NCBI GenBank assembly: GCA_012295275.1
Contig: CM022679.1
Coordinates: forward strand, 3,038,001 to 3,102,000
Direction: 5' to 3'
DNA: 64,000 nt
Origin: Chrysomallon squamiferum
Lineage: Eukaryota; Animalia; Mollusca
Part shown: positions 1 to 56,900 of the stretch, piece after piece
How positions within the stretch are numbered: position 1 is the stretch's first letter
How the letters are laid out: every line of letters starts with the position of its first letter
Translations under genes and position numbers: made by a program
Notes under the pieces: model-generated
What the model was told of the DNA's origin: nothing
What the model saw: only the letters and a program-made list of their open reading frames with translations
Database searches by the model: none

Positions 1-863
1 TTTAGCAAATATTTTGATTAATTACATGATTATGACTTTTTTCCTTAGCACTGTGACCATTATTATTTTTTAATTTTTATTTACTTACCTTTTTTTCTCA
101 AAAATGTCTGTTTTTCATAATTTTGATGAGTAGATCATTATTTTGTGTACAAATTAATAGCTTTAATGCAAATAACAATTTAATAATAATAATAATAATA
201 TAAATCTTAAACTTAAATTTAAATTTTTCTAATGATAAGATTTAATAAAAATGATTTTTAAAAATCACAAATTTAATTATCTTGCCAGTGAGAACAACAA
301 ATATTCAGTGCATATTCACATTAAATTGTAATTGCAACGTTATAAAGTATAGATTAGGAGACATGAATTCAAAGAACACATCAAAAAGTGAACAATACCA
401 AACTGGAAAAAAGAATTAAAATGCAACCCAGTAAGGTGCATTAATTTTATAAAAAATTAGAAAAATTAGAATTTCTTAAGCAATCAGATTTTTAAAACAT
501 TTTTTTCAATTTGTGTATTATTTGAAAATGTTTTGATACACAAAGTGAAATAAATCAGATTAGTCAAGAATAACAAAGTGCAATAACTCTAAATAGTTAT
601 TAAAAAGAGGCAGACAATCAAAATAAAGGGACATTAATCAGTCAGGAAAAAGAGAAAATTAAAATAAATCTCAGGGGCGGATAATCATCAAGGCACTATG
701 ACATCACATACATAAAAACATGATCCTGGATTTCTCAAGATTTTCTGAGTACTGAAATTATCAACTTGTAGATGTTTTGTAAGTGAACTAAGTAATTACA
801 AGATTCCCAGAGACAGTGATGTTAAATCTGTTTATCTGTTGCATTGGATTCCTGAGCAGTCTT

Positions 864-43297
<42,434 letters not shown>

Positions 43298-43700
43298 TTT
43301 CCTTTCCGTTATTTTAATGTCCGTTCTAATTGCACGTCCAGGAGAAAAAAAAAGTTAACTGAAAAAAACTGAAGCGATCTACTCTCTACAAGCTCGGTTG
43401 TTCACTGCAGTAGTGCTTTCGTCGATCGTTAACCATCCAGCGTTCAACTCTCCTCGCAACCTTTGAAATGACAGGTTCCGGGTTCTGTGACGTCACGATC
43501 GCTATATACGCCCCACAAAGAAAAACGTGAGTGGTTTTCTTTGTATCGATTTTCAAATTGAATGTTTTCACCTGCGCAAATAAATAAATTTAACAAGTGG
43601 GAACGTTTGGTTTATTTTCAGGTCGTGCAAATACGATTAACGCCCACTTACGACATCTATCGAGAAAGAGGTTCTAAAATTGTTAAAATGTGTTACCTGA
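43298..43700 (-). promoter_or_regulatory. Prominin CpG-rich promoter/5' UTR with palindromic CRE GTGACGTCAC (43487-43496) and TATATA (43503-43508)
   Basis: Motifs read directly just upstream of the ATG; CpG-rich. Confidence 0.55.
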
Positions 43701-44174
43701 GTTTATACACCATCTTGTTGTTATATATGTTTCGTATTTAAATAGGCCAACTTGGAAAGTCGTTTTGGGCCAGGTCAAATCGACGTCAATTTAGATAAAC
43801 TATGTAGGTCATGTGACAATTGAAGAAAAACAAGTGATTAACTGTCATCTTAAGATATATGATTAATAAATTAAAGATTAAAGATACGCATTATAAAAAT
43901 GTAAGAAAGTTAATCAACAGCTGAAAATCCCTTTGTGATAAATTACTAAATTCATTATTAAAAGTGTTTTCCCTAAGTAGATTAACATCATCATCATCAT
44001 AATTATTTTCATCATCATTTTATTGTTATCATCACCATCAGCATCCCTGTATTAAGATCTCGATGACTGTACTATTTGACAAAGAGATGTAAGAAATCGT
44101 GACGAACTGTCGTGACAGCTACATTGATATGCCCAACCATAATTATGCTTCGTCAGCAGCATGACAGTTGTGTG

Positions 44175-44178
<4 letters not shown>

Positions 44179-44247
<69 letters not shown>

Positions 44248-44324
44248 TTTTCATGAGATGAGCGAGTAAAAACCACAATCAGTTTTTATATAGATAGGTA
44301 TATATACAGATACGGCGATATATA

Positions 44325-44355
<31 letters not shown>

Positions 44356-44412
44356 AGATATAGATATAGATATAGATATAGATATAGATAGATATAGATA
44401 TAGATAGATAGA
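44179..44412. repeat. (TA)n and (GATATA)n microsatellites
   Basis: Direct. Confidence 0.95.
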
Positions 44413-45568
44413 TCGGTGTATGGACAGACACCTTCGTGTTTGTGTATACGTGTATGAAATGTATGAGTGTAATAACAGTATTTCTTCACATGGTGCTGTC
44501 AAATGATCTGTAACGGGTGGGGTCCCAAAACTGTCACGATCCGCCCCCTTGTTGTGAGAGGGGCTATCGTTTACTGCATCAGCTCATGATTTTGCCTGGC
44601 TTATACTCACTTAAAAAGGTAATGTTGTACACATGTCACAGTACTGCCAATCATTACAGGTAATGTTACAGATGTTTACAAAACCAGTTATATTTATTAT
44701 CAATAAACATGTATTCAGGACAGAGTGAAAGCTGAATGTCAGAAGCAGATATGTTGTTGCCTTAGTAGACGTTCCTGTTGAGTTATTTTCCGTTCCAACC
44801 AAGGCAGTGGTAAATGTTTCCCTGTCTAAGGAAAGATGCTAATAAAAATATCAGTTATTACTAATCGGAAAAACGATTCCTTCGACAATTACATGTAAAA
44901 CGTTTTGTTGCTACATTTTAAAGAATGAAAAGGAAATTTATTTTAATTGTTTATTATTTGCAATAGTTAATTTTGATATAACCTAATTATATACGTTTAT
45001 TTATATTTTTTATCTTTCATTTGATCCACCGGAACAGATAAACATTTAAATAGTTTTAAAAATCTGTGTTAGACTTGAAGGAATGAACAAATAAAGGAAG
45101 AAAGCAAAATCTGATGTGAAATGACTAAAGCCATCAGGACACCAGATTGATTTCTTAGCGAGAGATATGTTAGTGAAGGGTTATTTTGATTTTCAAAACT
45201 TGTCCACATCATACTAGCAACCACATTTCTGATAAGAAAAAGATGAAGAAAAAAACTTGTCAAATTATCCAACTCTTGTCTCTTTAGAAGATTTATTTGA
45301 TTTCGCAATGATATAAAGGTTCTTTGATCCTTTTGACATAAATGTAATGCAAATTGATAATAATTATTATAAGGACATAAAACTGCGAGGTCATTTGTCG
45401 GTTTCGCCACTGACTGAACCAAACAGGTAATCCGTTCATTAATTCACCTGAACAGGATTTATGTCTGTAATCATATAGCCATTAGTGTGAACTTCACTGA
45501 ATCATAGATGTTTCGTAATGTCGGATTTTAAACATTTACTGAAACAGACACGCAGAAAGATAGTGATT

Positions 45569-45636
<68 letters not shown>

Positions 45637-47744
45637 AGAGAGAGAGAGAGGGGGGGGACAAGGTTTGAGCGAGATAAAGAATTAGTCACGGATAGAGAGG
45701 TGGAGTCAAATCGAACGGACACAGAAGACAAAGAAAAAAGTTAGATATGAATAGATGGAAAGTAAGAGAAATAGAGTCATGGATAAAGATACAAAATCAT
45801 ACAATATAAACAAACAAAGAGGAATTAAGAGTAAGACAGATTCACAAACAGTTAGACAGACAGACACAACAAGGGAGAGAAAGAGAAAGGAAAAACGATT
45901 ACGAGAAAAATAAATAAAGAAAGAAAACAAAAAGGCACAATATAAAAATAAACAAAAACACACAGAGAATATATTAAGATTCAAGCGAAAATCTTTCCTT
46001 TGTAACAAATCAGATTCTTTACTAACTTAAACTAAGGCGGAAAATCCTATTACTGTTACGACAATACGTCATATCGTTATTACGCTACTGGTACTTCTAC
46101 TACCATAAAGCTCCTATACAATTACAATAATGAGTACTGTGTACTACAGAACGTCTGAAGATGTCGTAATATCACGTAACAGGGAAGATGAAATAAAAAC
46201 CGCCTTCGTAAACACTGCCTTATGACTCTGAACAACCCGGTTTAACATGAGATCACTGAAATTGAAGAGAAATGTTAGTAATAGTTTCACAATGCTTTCA
46301 TGACTGCAGTAGGTACACTTCTTTGTTTGCAGTTGAAGGCTTGGTCACGACAGTATTGTGAAATTTTTTATTATTTTTTTTTTTTATTATTATTATTATT
46401 TTTTTTTTATTACAACAGGTATACAAGAACATTTATACGGTTTGCAGAAAACTGGTGTCAGACAAATATAGTCTCGTTCTTTACTGTTCATTGTTTATTT
46501 TATATTTTTATGTATACGTTAAACCTTGGTCCACAAAACGAAAAAAAAAAAAAAAAAAAAAAACTGGGTAACTGCTGGAAAACAAGTTTGCTGGATATAA
46601 TATAGTCTAGAATCTCATTTATTATTATTATTATTATTACTTTTTTTTTATTTATTTACTTTATTTAATTATATTTCGGATTTGATTACAGTGTATCTTG
46701 GGTACAATTATATTTGTTACTGAATGATAATGTCTCGGGTATATTTATTTCATATATACTTCGTTCAAGTTGTACATCATAATTCTTACAACAAAAGAAA
46801 TTAGATTAGATTCGAAAGTATTGCAAAATAAAAATTAATTACAAATATTTTAATTAATTAATCCTTGTTTGGTTATGTTACGGAATAAAAGCTATAATTA
46901 AAAGCAAATGTCTTTTTTAATTATTTAAATTTTTATTTATCTACACGTGGATTTATGTTAGAATAAGATAGTTTGAAAAGATTAGTCTCTGAAATATTGC
47001 TGAAAATATTTGACTTAATAATTTTCTTGTTTTAAAGTAAATTATTTTTATTAACTTACTTAAACAACTTACTTTCCTGGATTTAATTTTTTTTTTTAAA
47101 TTATTATATTATGTTATATTATATTATATTATATTATATTATTTATTTTTGCTGTCTTCTTTCTCTCTCTGACTTATAAATATATACTGATTTGTTGTTT
47201 TTGTTGTTACTAAACTACTGTATCTTGAAATCAATGAAATAAAATTGTCGAAAGTCGTTTACGCCCGACACATTCAGTGTGCCCATGCTGATGAGAGTTT
47301 TTGCGTAGGTTATCCTAATAAAAAATTCCTTCGTGTGTTAAACAAGACTGAACAACAACCGACTGTTTCTGCGTTGTTTCCGTTCTGTATTAATATACAA
47401 ATAACTTTTAATTTTATTAACGCAGATGTTTAAAATGTTTTTATCTTTGCCTAAAATGTGTCTATATTCAATATCTTTCGAGAAATATTTCACATCTTTG
47501 GCATTGCAGTAATGTCGACATTATCAGGAATGTCTCCATTTCCCAGATATTAGAACACGTTCACAAATACCACGTCATCTCCAATAATACAAAATGCAAA
47601 TGTCGTAAAACGACCGTCTGTACATTCGCCAGTAAACACCAAGTTTTCACCAGCTGCTGTAGATTCCAAGTTTATGAACATAATAATTTACTTTGAATGT
47701 CAGATAATGTTTGTTTCTTTGCAATTTTTATTTTATTTTATTTG

Positions 47745-47831
<87 letters not shown>

Positions 47832-48058
47832 TGTGGGGGTGATGGTGGTGGGTGTATATGTGTGTTTTTATTATTTTTTATAATTTATCTGTACCCGAAT
47901 TTGTATTATAAAATGGCATAGCTTGTGTTAATATTAATAAATAAACAGAGAGAAAATTGCAACCACTATTTAAATTTAAAGTATTCAACAGTTTCTGCGA
48001 AATAAACTGTTCTGATACTTTGTGAATTTTTTGTTATTTATTTATTTATTTATTATTG

Positions 48059-48092
<34 letters not shown>

Positions 48093-49336
48093 CTGTGTAT
48101 AATGCTTTCTTTAGTATTTTCATATCTAAACGCTTTCGATAAATTCGAGCTTTTAATAATTTACTTTATTTTATTATTATTAAATTTATTTTTTTGTACT
48201 TAGGTATTCTTCTTTCATTGTCTCTCAGATCTGTTGTCATACACATGACGCCAGGTAACCATAGATCAAGAATATGACCAGTGTGTCGTTAAAATAATAA
48301 TTTTAAAAAATAATTAAAAAAAAAGTCTGGATGTAGCAGCTGCTTGTATCAGAATTTTTGCACACGAGAAAAACGTTTGAACCTCTTACATGCAATCATC
48401 TAATCAATTCAATAAAACTGCATTATAAGTGTCTTCTTAAATGGTTTCTTTTACTAATATACGTATCTTGTACATATGTGTGTGTTTGTGTGAATACTGC
48501 CATTTATTATGAACTGCAGGTTCCATTGTCCGGCAAGCGTGTAACCGAAGATTAATAGCATTTCTAGATTTTCCGGTTTCCTTGACCAAGGCATACTAAT
48601 CATGTACTTCACAATATAAAAATAAACAATGAAAGTTAAAGATTTTCTGGTATTTCGGATTTTCTAGAAGCCGGATAAATGATCTGTATCATATTTCAGT
48701 ATTTGTCAGGGCCAGTTATTCATAAAGCTCAAGTCTAGATACCCGTTAATATATATCTCCCAGGCTTTCGGGTATTTCTGGACACCCTGGGGCCCTTCAG
48801 TCTTTCACCCCACTACAGCAGGTAAATAGTGCCTTAGTTAAAATATACACACATACATGCTGTAATACGAAATATTTGAATTTAAAAAGTTGACAGTAAC
48901 AGTCACACAGACAAATATAAATAATGTGCTTCCTACGATGCATGCTTACGTGACTGGGTGGATTTGACTCGTCCACTTACACCCCAGACACTAACCAATT
49001 CAACACACGGAGCACTGCATAAATTACAGATGAAATCCCCGTCCCAGAGGATTCTGAACTTCTAGTTTCATACCAGACAGATTCTAAAAGAGAAAACACT
49101 CTATCGCCGTGATAAACTATTATACCTTATTATTATTTATTTATTTATTTTTTTTTTTTTATTTTTTTAAAATCAACAACAACTGATATTTTATGTGTAT
49201 GTTCTGTTAGCACACATATTTGATGACTACGTTAGCCAGAACGACAAACAGCTAAACTCTAGGGAGTGATGATATTACAGTTTGAGGAGTGCACAACATG
49301 AAACTCATACTTGAAAAATGAGTACTACAGAATATA

Positions 49337-49539
49337 TATTTTGAATAACATAGCTCGTTGTATTGTATTATATTATATTATATTATATTATATTATAATA
49401 ATCTATCTATATAGATAAGATAATATAATATAATATAATATAATATAATATAATATAATATAATATAATATAATATAATATAATATAATATAACATAACA
49501 TAACATAACATAATATACCGAGCTATTATATTCAAAATA
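49337..49539. repeat. Foldback/inverted-repeat element (21-bp imperfect outer arms, (TATTA)n/(TAATA)n inner arms, central palindrome)
   Basis: TATTTTGAATAACATAGCTCG vs CGAGCTATTATATTCAAAATA; centre TATCTATATAGATA at 49404-49417. Confidence 0.8.
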
Positions 49540-50039
49540 CTTCATTCCAACTCCATATAACAGCGTATTCTTTTTTGGTCAGAAGCAAAGGAAAGTTTAT
49601 GACTCTTCTCTAGCGCCCATCTTTGATGAACACGTTTTCGTGTACTAGCTTGAGGGAAAACTCAAGGCAAAAATTGTCGAGATTCGATCTTGAATTCGGA
49701 AAATAAATCGAGCAGTGTTATCCAAAAGAATTTATTAATAAAAGAAAAGAACAAATCAGTAATGAAACAAACAACAGAAACAGAAACAAAATCAATTAAT
49801 TAATAAGTTAGTTAATTGAATAAAATCTAGTGGAAAAAAATAAAGCACAAATAACTATTACATATTTAAATAAATAGATAAACAATGAATAATAATAATA
49901 AAGCAATCATAATCTTGTACAAAATATTATTTCAGTTATATAGTTAAATTTTTGTGCTGATGACGTTAAAGTTACTGTTAGTGCTAATTCTATAGGGTAA
50001 ATAAAAAAAAAAAAAAAAAAAAATACAGAATAGTCATCG

Positions 50040-50520
50040 GAAAGATTAATGTGACGGTGACTACAAAGTACCAAAATAGCCACAGTTGCTTTGTGACGAT
50101 TTGTTATTAACACTTCACCCCATCGATCGGACAATTACGTTTCTTGTCGCTGCACTTCGTAGTTCCGAGTGTACATCCGAATAAACCCGAACACTAGCGC
50201 ACTCACCGTGACGTCAAGGGATTTTCCCGAGTAGATTCATTGATGAGTCATCCAAAAGAAACGAACATCAGTACCCAATCATATTTCCTATAGACTCAGC
50301 ACACGGCGGGTTGTTTTATGAAGACAGCTACTTCTTGAGGGACCAAACACCACACCCGTCAAAGATACCGCCCGGGCGGTCGGGCGCTATCTACCCTCAC
50401 AATTTTGAGGCGAAATTTCAAGATGGCGGCCCCGAAAAGGCCTGGTGACAGTCAAGGTAGATTTGAGAATTTCTGTTGGGAATCCATGAGGTGTTCCAAC
50501 TATTTTTGATCAGTGACTCA
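50040..50520 (+). promoter_or_regulatory. MAP2K4 CpG-rich promoter/5' region with CRE (TGACGTCA 50209-50216), AP-1 (TGAGTCA 50244-50250; TGACTCA 50514-50520) and a YY1-like AAGATGGCGGC at the start codon
   Basis: Motifs read directly; CpG-rich relative to the gene body; TSS not determined. Confidence 0.6.
50423..50456 (+). CDS. MAP2K4: MAP2K4 exon 1 ([11 protein letters not shown])
   Basis: caagATGGCGGC start in a CpG-rich region, AG|GTAGA donor, phase 1. Confidence 0.8.
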
Positions 50521-50885
50521 TGTTGTTGCGTGTTTTCTTTTGAATTCGGTATTAGGCTGGTGAATAGCTATATATTCATTTTAAAACACTGGGAATTATT
50601 TATTATTTTAACAGCAGTGAATGAACAATAACAAAGTAAAAATGTAAAATTTTGGAATGAAGAAGAACAAGCATTTCTAGATTAAAATATGAGATTTAGC
50701 ACTTAAGTTGCAAAAAATATTAAGAGTATATTTAATATATATATAATTCATGACAGATCATCTTTTGCTAACAGTATAGTATATTTGCACTAATATTTTC
50801 TGGGATCCAAACAATGACAAAGGGTTTTGATCACCAACTCAGAAATTAAATGACTTAAAATGTATACAGTATGGTGGATGAAAGA

Positions 50886-50916
<31 letters not shown>

Positions 50917-53900
50917 TAGTCATGCATTCAGTTAGAAAAATAAATTGCTTCATAACCTATTATTAGTAACAAATGCTTCATAAGAGATGGAAGAATTTTC
51001 CTGAACTGTTATTTTGTTATTTAAAAATATTTTTGACTTTGCTAATGCTGTTTTAAAATATATTTTATGACAGTTAATGTCTTTAAAAATGTCCCACCCA
51101 TTTTGGATATCATACTATACTGACCTCATTTTGTTTAATTTTGTTCAACAAGAACTTAGATTTCTGCCAGCATAAAGCCATAATAACTATAATAGTCTTA
51201 ACTCATGTTTGAATTATTGCTTTTTTATGTCAACAGAGAGAATTTAAGTCTTCAATGAATGTTATTAAGTTTATATGTTGTTTAGTTAATACTGTGCAAC
51301 TTCTACAAATTAAAAAAGAATAATTTTTTATATTATGTTTATTGTATATTTTTATTATTATTTTGAAAAAAGTGTATAAATGAAGTGTTAAAAATGTTAT
51401 GATTGGAATATATTTTACACCTACTGTATATAGTTTTAATATTTAAATTATGTTGACTGATAATAAGTGTTTTTTTGCTTCTAGTTTTGAGATGGATATT
51501 AGTTCAGATTATTATGTTAACTTAATATATGTATGTATAAAAAATTGTTTTTATTGTTTTAACTGGTGCACCAATTTTATTGGTCTAACCAAATCTTTTT
51601 CAGTTTGACTCCATAAGTATATAATACTCTTAATAAGTAAACTTTTTCATAATTGATAATTTCATAATCGCTGCTTTCATAGACCTTTTGAAAATACAAG
51701 CTTATGAATGTTTTTATATGCATTTTGTATCATTTTGCTGAATTCTTGGCTTTGTCATTAATCATATTGGTGTGTGAACATCAAATCTTTTCTTCATTTC
51801 GTGGGTTTGTTGGGGCATCATTACTCATCTCTTTCATTCGTTGATTGTACCCTATTCAGATAAAGAGCGTAGGCAGAGAATTGTTGGACTAGGCTGCTTG
51901 CGAACACGTAACAATGATGCCAGCCTGGCAGCACCTAAACTGTCTTCAGGTATGGCAGTCACAGATTTGATTAAAAACCAACCAGTTTTAAAAAAAATTG
52001 TTTTACTTACATGTTCACGTTTGTGCAATTACTTTTAGCTAAAGTCAAAAAGTATTTCATTATTTGTGATTGAAATTAAAAATAATACAGGCTGAAACTC
52101 TTTAGATCATTACTCACAGAATTCCCCATGTTCGAAATATTACTGTGAATATCATTTTGACAGTTAACTGGTAAAAAAAATCTAAATTTCAGAGAGCTAT
52201 AAATATTCACTGATATTAAATGTACATTGTTGTTCATTATAAAACTTATCTGAAAAGCAGTGAAATCCTAACCTTTTTTTTTTGAGCAGTTAAATTGTGA
52301 TATAATATTATTACATTTTATTTTATGTACAGAATTATTGAAAACTATATAAATTCTTTATGAAATATTTAAATAGATTTCATGTTTATACATGGATCCT
52401 GTTCTCAAGTTATCTTCTTGTATTCCAAAATTCAGTCCCAAGCAGTTTTCATTTTATCTTTAAGGGATCCTCAATTTCTGTTAATATATTTCATTAATGA
52501 AACAGTATAGATAGGACTGATTTTACATATTTTGAAAATTTGTACAGCTGTATCGAGTTTATCAAACTATGCCAATGTAAAATGTTTATTGCTGCCTTTG
52601 AATTGAAAACTGCTTTTGACTTTATTCATTCTAAGTAGAGTTGAAAAATTTGTTTATGTTTATAACAATAAACTGAGAGTAGACAATCATCATAAAGGAA
52701 ATAATTGTTGTGTTGAGATATGAAGTTTTCAAGATTCTTTAGGTATTTTGCAACGTGGTTCAGCCTGTATTATTATTACTGAACATTTCTCATTTATTGT
52801 TCTATTTTACTTTTTACCTTATTCATGATACATCAGATTAATTATACCAAAACTGGTTCAACTGTTATTTGTTTATATTACATGAAGAAAATTAAATATT
52901 TGTATAAATATGCATGCTTGTATTTATATAGCTATTCTCTTTTAAATATCATCTTTTGAGGTGTGGCATCATTTTTCAAAACAAATATATTAGCTTGTCA
53001 TCACCATTGATTGTCAGTTTACATATATATATTTTGTAGCAATTAGCTGCAATTAGCTGCTAAGAGCATTAGCTTCTGCTTTTCTTAGTGCTAAGTCTGA
53101 AAGTCTCTGTATGGTGTTAACACTTTCATTACTTTCTTTTTTAGCACTGAGACGTCAAGGATTAAGATTACAGTTCAATTCAGATTTTTCAAATAATTCT
53201 TCACCATCTCTGGCTGACATGGGCCATACAACACAGATGTAAGTATTTATATTTTTTATTTAAATATTTTAAAAGACCCCTCCCCTACAAAATAAATTAC
53301 TTGTTAATATTCTCACCTTGTTTACTGAAGTCAGAAAAAAGAGAAGAATTACTTCAAATTCGTTAATACATTCCTTGAGAAAATAATTAGCTCTTTATTG
53401 TCACTGGAGTCAAAAACTACAGAATCAAGACCTCCCTTGTTGATTGGACCTGTTTAGTTAATGTATTAACAACATTAGTGTTGACTTACAGTTACAAAAT
53501 ATTTCAGTGTATATATGATCAGTTCAGTTCAATGAAATTGTTTTTCTCTGCAGAGAAAGACTGCGGTCTAGAGGTATAGACAAATCAAGTAGTGGAACAC
53601 TGCAGATCTCACCACAGCAGGTATTTTACAAATAAATATTTTTACAAAATATTCTATTACTAGTACACGTATTTTTGTATTTAAATTTACTTTTTGCAGT
53701 TAGTACTTCATTCTCATAAATGACTGTAAATGTAATCTTTAAAGATAACTTTGTTGCATTACATTATGATTTGTGATGTAAACTTTCTCGCTGGAGGAAT
53801 AAAAAAGTAAAGAAGAGCTTCAAACAAAGTGTAACTGCTGTGTTTTCAGTTTATTAAATAGTGTATATAAAAAAACAAATGGTTTAGTATAGTCTGTGGT

Positions 53901-56900
53901 ATTGTGACAAAATGATTTTTCTCTCAAACTTATTAAAAAATCACAAATCAACTTAACATGATGGTGTAGTGATATCATCGGTCTTTTAATCTATAATTAA
54001 TTTTGTTGTTGTTCATTACTTGCCTTCATTAACACTAAATTATATTTATGTTCTTTTTTTTCTATTCTTTTTTTTCTCAGAAATTTGATTTCACTGCAGA
54101 AGATTTAACAGATCTAGGAGAGATTGGTCGTGGAAATTACGGAACGGTGAACAAAATGTTACATGAAGCCAGTGGTTTGGTCATGGCTGTTAAAGTAAGT
54201 TAACCTTACTCTGCTTTTAACAAATCAAGGTCCTTTCTCCTTTCTGTTTGCTTTCCCTGTCCAGGTTCAGATAATTTATTTGGAAGTCATAATCAAGAGT
54301 TTCTATGATTTCTTTATTACATTCAAGGAACTGATTCACAAATCTTACAGTAGGCCACTGAAAATAGTTGCAATGATATGTTTTTAAACTGGCTATGACT
54401 CTTTTTCAGAAACTAAGAATTTAGATTTTTGTGCTTATGCTGTAATTTTCCTAATAATAACTAGATCTATATTAAGAAACAAATGTCTAAACTATCGTAG
54501 AATTAAAAAAACAACTAAAAAAACCTTTCAAAACTTTGTTTTGAACTGAAACGTAAATGAAGCTGTATACACAGTGATTATATTAATCATATGTTTGTTA
54601 TTTTTCCATTTTCAGAGAATCCGATCAACTGTTGAAGAGAAAGAACAACGTCAGCTGTTGATGGATCTTGATGTGGTGATGCGAGCCAACGATTGCAAAT
54701 ATATTGTACATTTTTATGGTGCTCTTTTTAAAGAGGTAGATTATTTGTTTTCCTATTTCTTATTTAAAACTGTCACATTTTAAAACTGTCACATTTATTT
54801 TTCCATTCTGATATTCTTTCACAAAACAGATAATTTAAAAAAAAAATTTTGTTTAAAAGAACAGTGAAATCTTCTTCTTTTTCAGATAATTTAAAAAAAG
54901 AAGGAGTTTACTGTCTCTAAAGGACAAATTTGATTATGTACAGATTTAAATATTTTCATTTAAAATGATAAAAACATGATAAAATGATTTAACAAGGAAC
55001 TATGTAAGTTTTAGTCTTTGGGATATTGGATGATTTGTTTTAGCATTTGGATTCTACAGAGTGATAATTTTGTTTTTACCTGTATGGATTTTGAATGTTT
55101 ATTTGTTCTGTTGTTTCAGGGTGACTGTTGGATATGTATGGAACTAATGGATATTTCCTGTGATAAGCTGTATAAATTTGTCTATGGAGAATTACAAAGT
55201 TCAATACCAGAAGAAATTTTAGGAAAAATAGCAGTTGCAGTAAGCTATATTTTCTTACGCTTTCAAATATAAACCTATATCCATACATGCATGCACATGA
55301 GTAAAAACATTGGCAGTAACATTTATTATTATCTAATATACATTTCATAAATAATGTGTATAAATAAGTACTTAAATGGTTTTTGTTTCTTAAATTACTT
55401 CTCTTTTTATTAGTATTTTTAAAACAATTTTTTTTTTTTTAACTATATTCACCTACATGGTTTTGTTGTAAGATCATACTTTTAGTAGAAAAACATTTCA
55501 TTTTTATTTATTTAACAAGTGAAAAATAAAATGACTGTTATGATTTTGTAATTATGTTGTAATTGTTGGTTTTCAAATTTAAATTGTATTGGTGGATAAA
55601 TTTCTTTATTTTTCATTTCAGACTGTAAAAGCATTAAATCATTTAAAAGAAAAATTAAAAATTATTCATAGAGGTAAGAATTATTTTTAATTTATATCAT
55701 TTAAGTATTTTCCTTTAAGCATGTGAATTAAAAAATTGCCATTTGTAGTGTATAAGTTGACTTTGATTGTCAGTAATTATAATAATAATGTGAGAGAAAA
55801 AATAATATAAAAATAAAATTAAACAATAAGAAGAAATAGTGTTCTGGATATGATAGGAATTTTTTAAAAAGGCATACTTATTTGCTGGTTAAAACTTATA
55901 AATAATGTATCATAAAATAAATATTTGATGGCTTGAACTAAAATCCTAAAGAATAATCTGTTCTTATGCATGGAAATAAATTATTTGTATAATTTATAAC
56001 AGAGTGGATGAAATTAAGAAAATATGTCAGAATGTTCTGTTTGTAATTACAAATTTGGTTTAGTAACTCCATACATGTTTCAATAAGTCTCCAGTATCAT
56101 TTTGTTGTAAAATATTACTAGAACCAGAAATAAAAACAGATTGTTTGAATCTTGCAATTGCTGGGGTGGGTATTTATTAAATTCTTTGAAGAAACTTTCT
56201 GTTTTGTGAGATAAAATTTCAGTTTTAAAATTACGGTGGTTTTTTTTTTCTCCTTTTTGACAGATGTTAAGCCTTCCAATATTCTGCTGGACAGAAAAGG
56301 AAATATCAAACTGTGTGACTTTGGTATCAGTGGGCAGCTTGTTGACTCTATAGCAAAGAGCAGAGATGCTGGCTGCCGGCCGTACATGGCAGTAAGTTGT
56401 TATAATGTTGAATCAGGAAATGTTTTTTAAAATCTAATAATGTTTTACCTTTTACAGAACGAATGTTGTCTTTTCTGAATGGCATATTTGTAAATTATAT
56501 CTTTACTGATTACTGGATTAATAAATTAAGATTGGTGATATTTTTAAACATCTGTATCGTTATTTTTTTTTAATGTATTTCAGCCAGAAAGAATAGACCC
56601 AAAAGCATCTCACAGAGGTTATGATGTAAGGTCAGATGTATGGTCTTTAGGCATTACTTTGGTGAGTTACCTCCCTTACGTGTAAAAATATTATATTTAA
56701 ATATAAAATTTATTTATTTATTTATTTATTTTTACAATACAGAATACATTTTTTTCTCTGGTTATGACTTTCTCTATAATCTGACAGATATCTTAACTCT
56801 GTTGACACTATACTTTTTTTTTTAAATTTGTTTTTTTTATCACTGATGAAAAAATCGTTTTAAAGATTCTTTGTCAATCTATCTGTACTTTTATCCCTTT

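Noticed and set aside
78-100. Strong AG|GTAAGT donor-like site on the minus strand near the window start
   Set aside because: No convincing upstream acceptor or ORF, and the partner would lie outside the window, so it cannot be supported.
48680-49110. GC-richer intergenic patch, possibly a SINE/LINE fragment
   Set aside because: No A/B boxes, tail, TSD or ORF could be identified by eye; it needs a repeat-library search.
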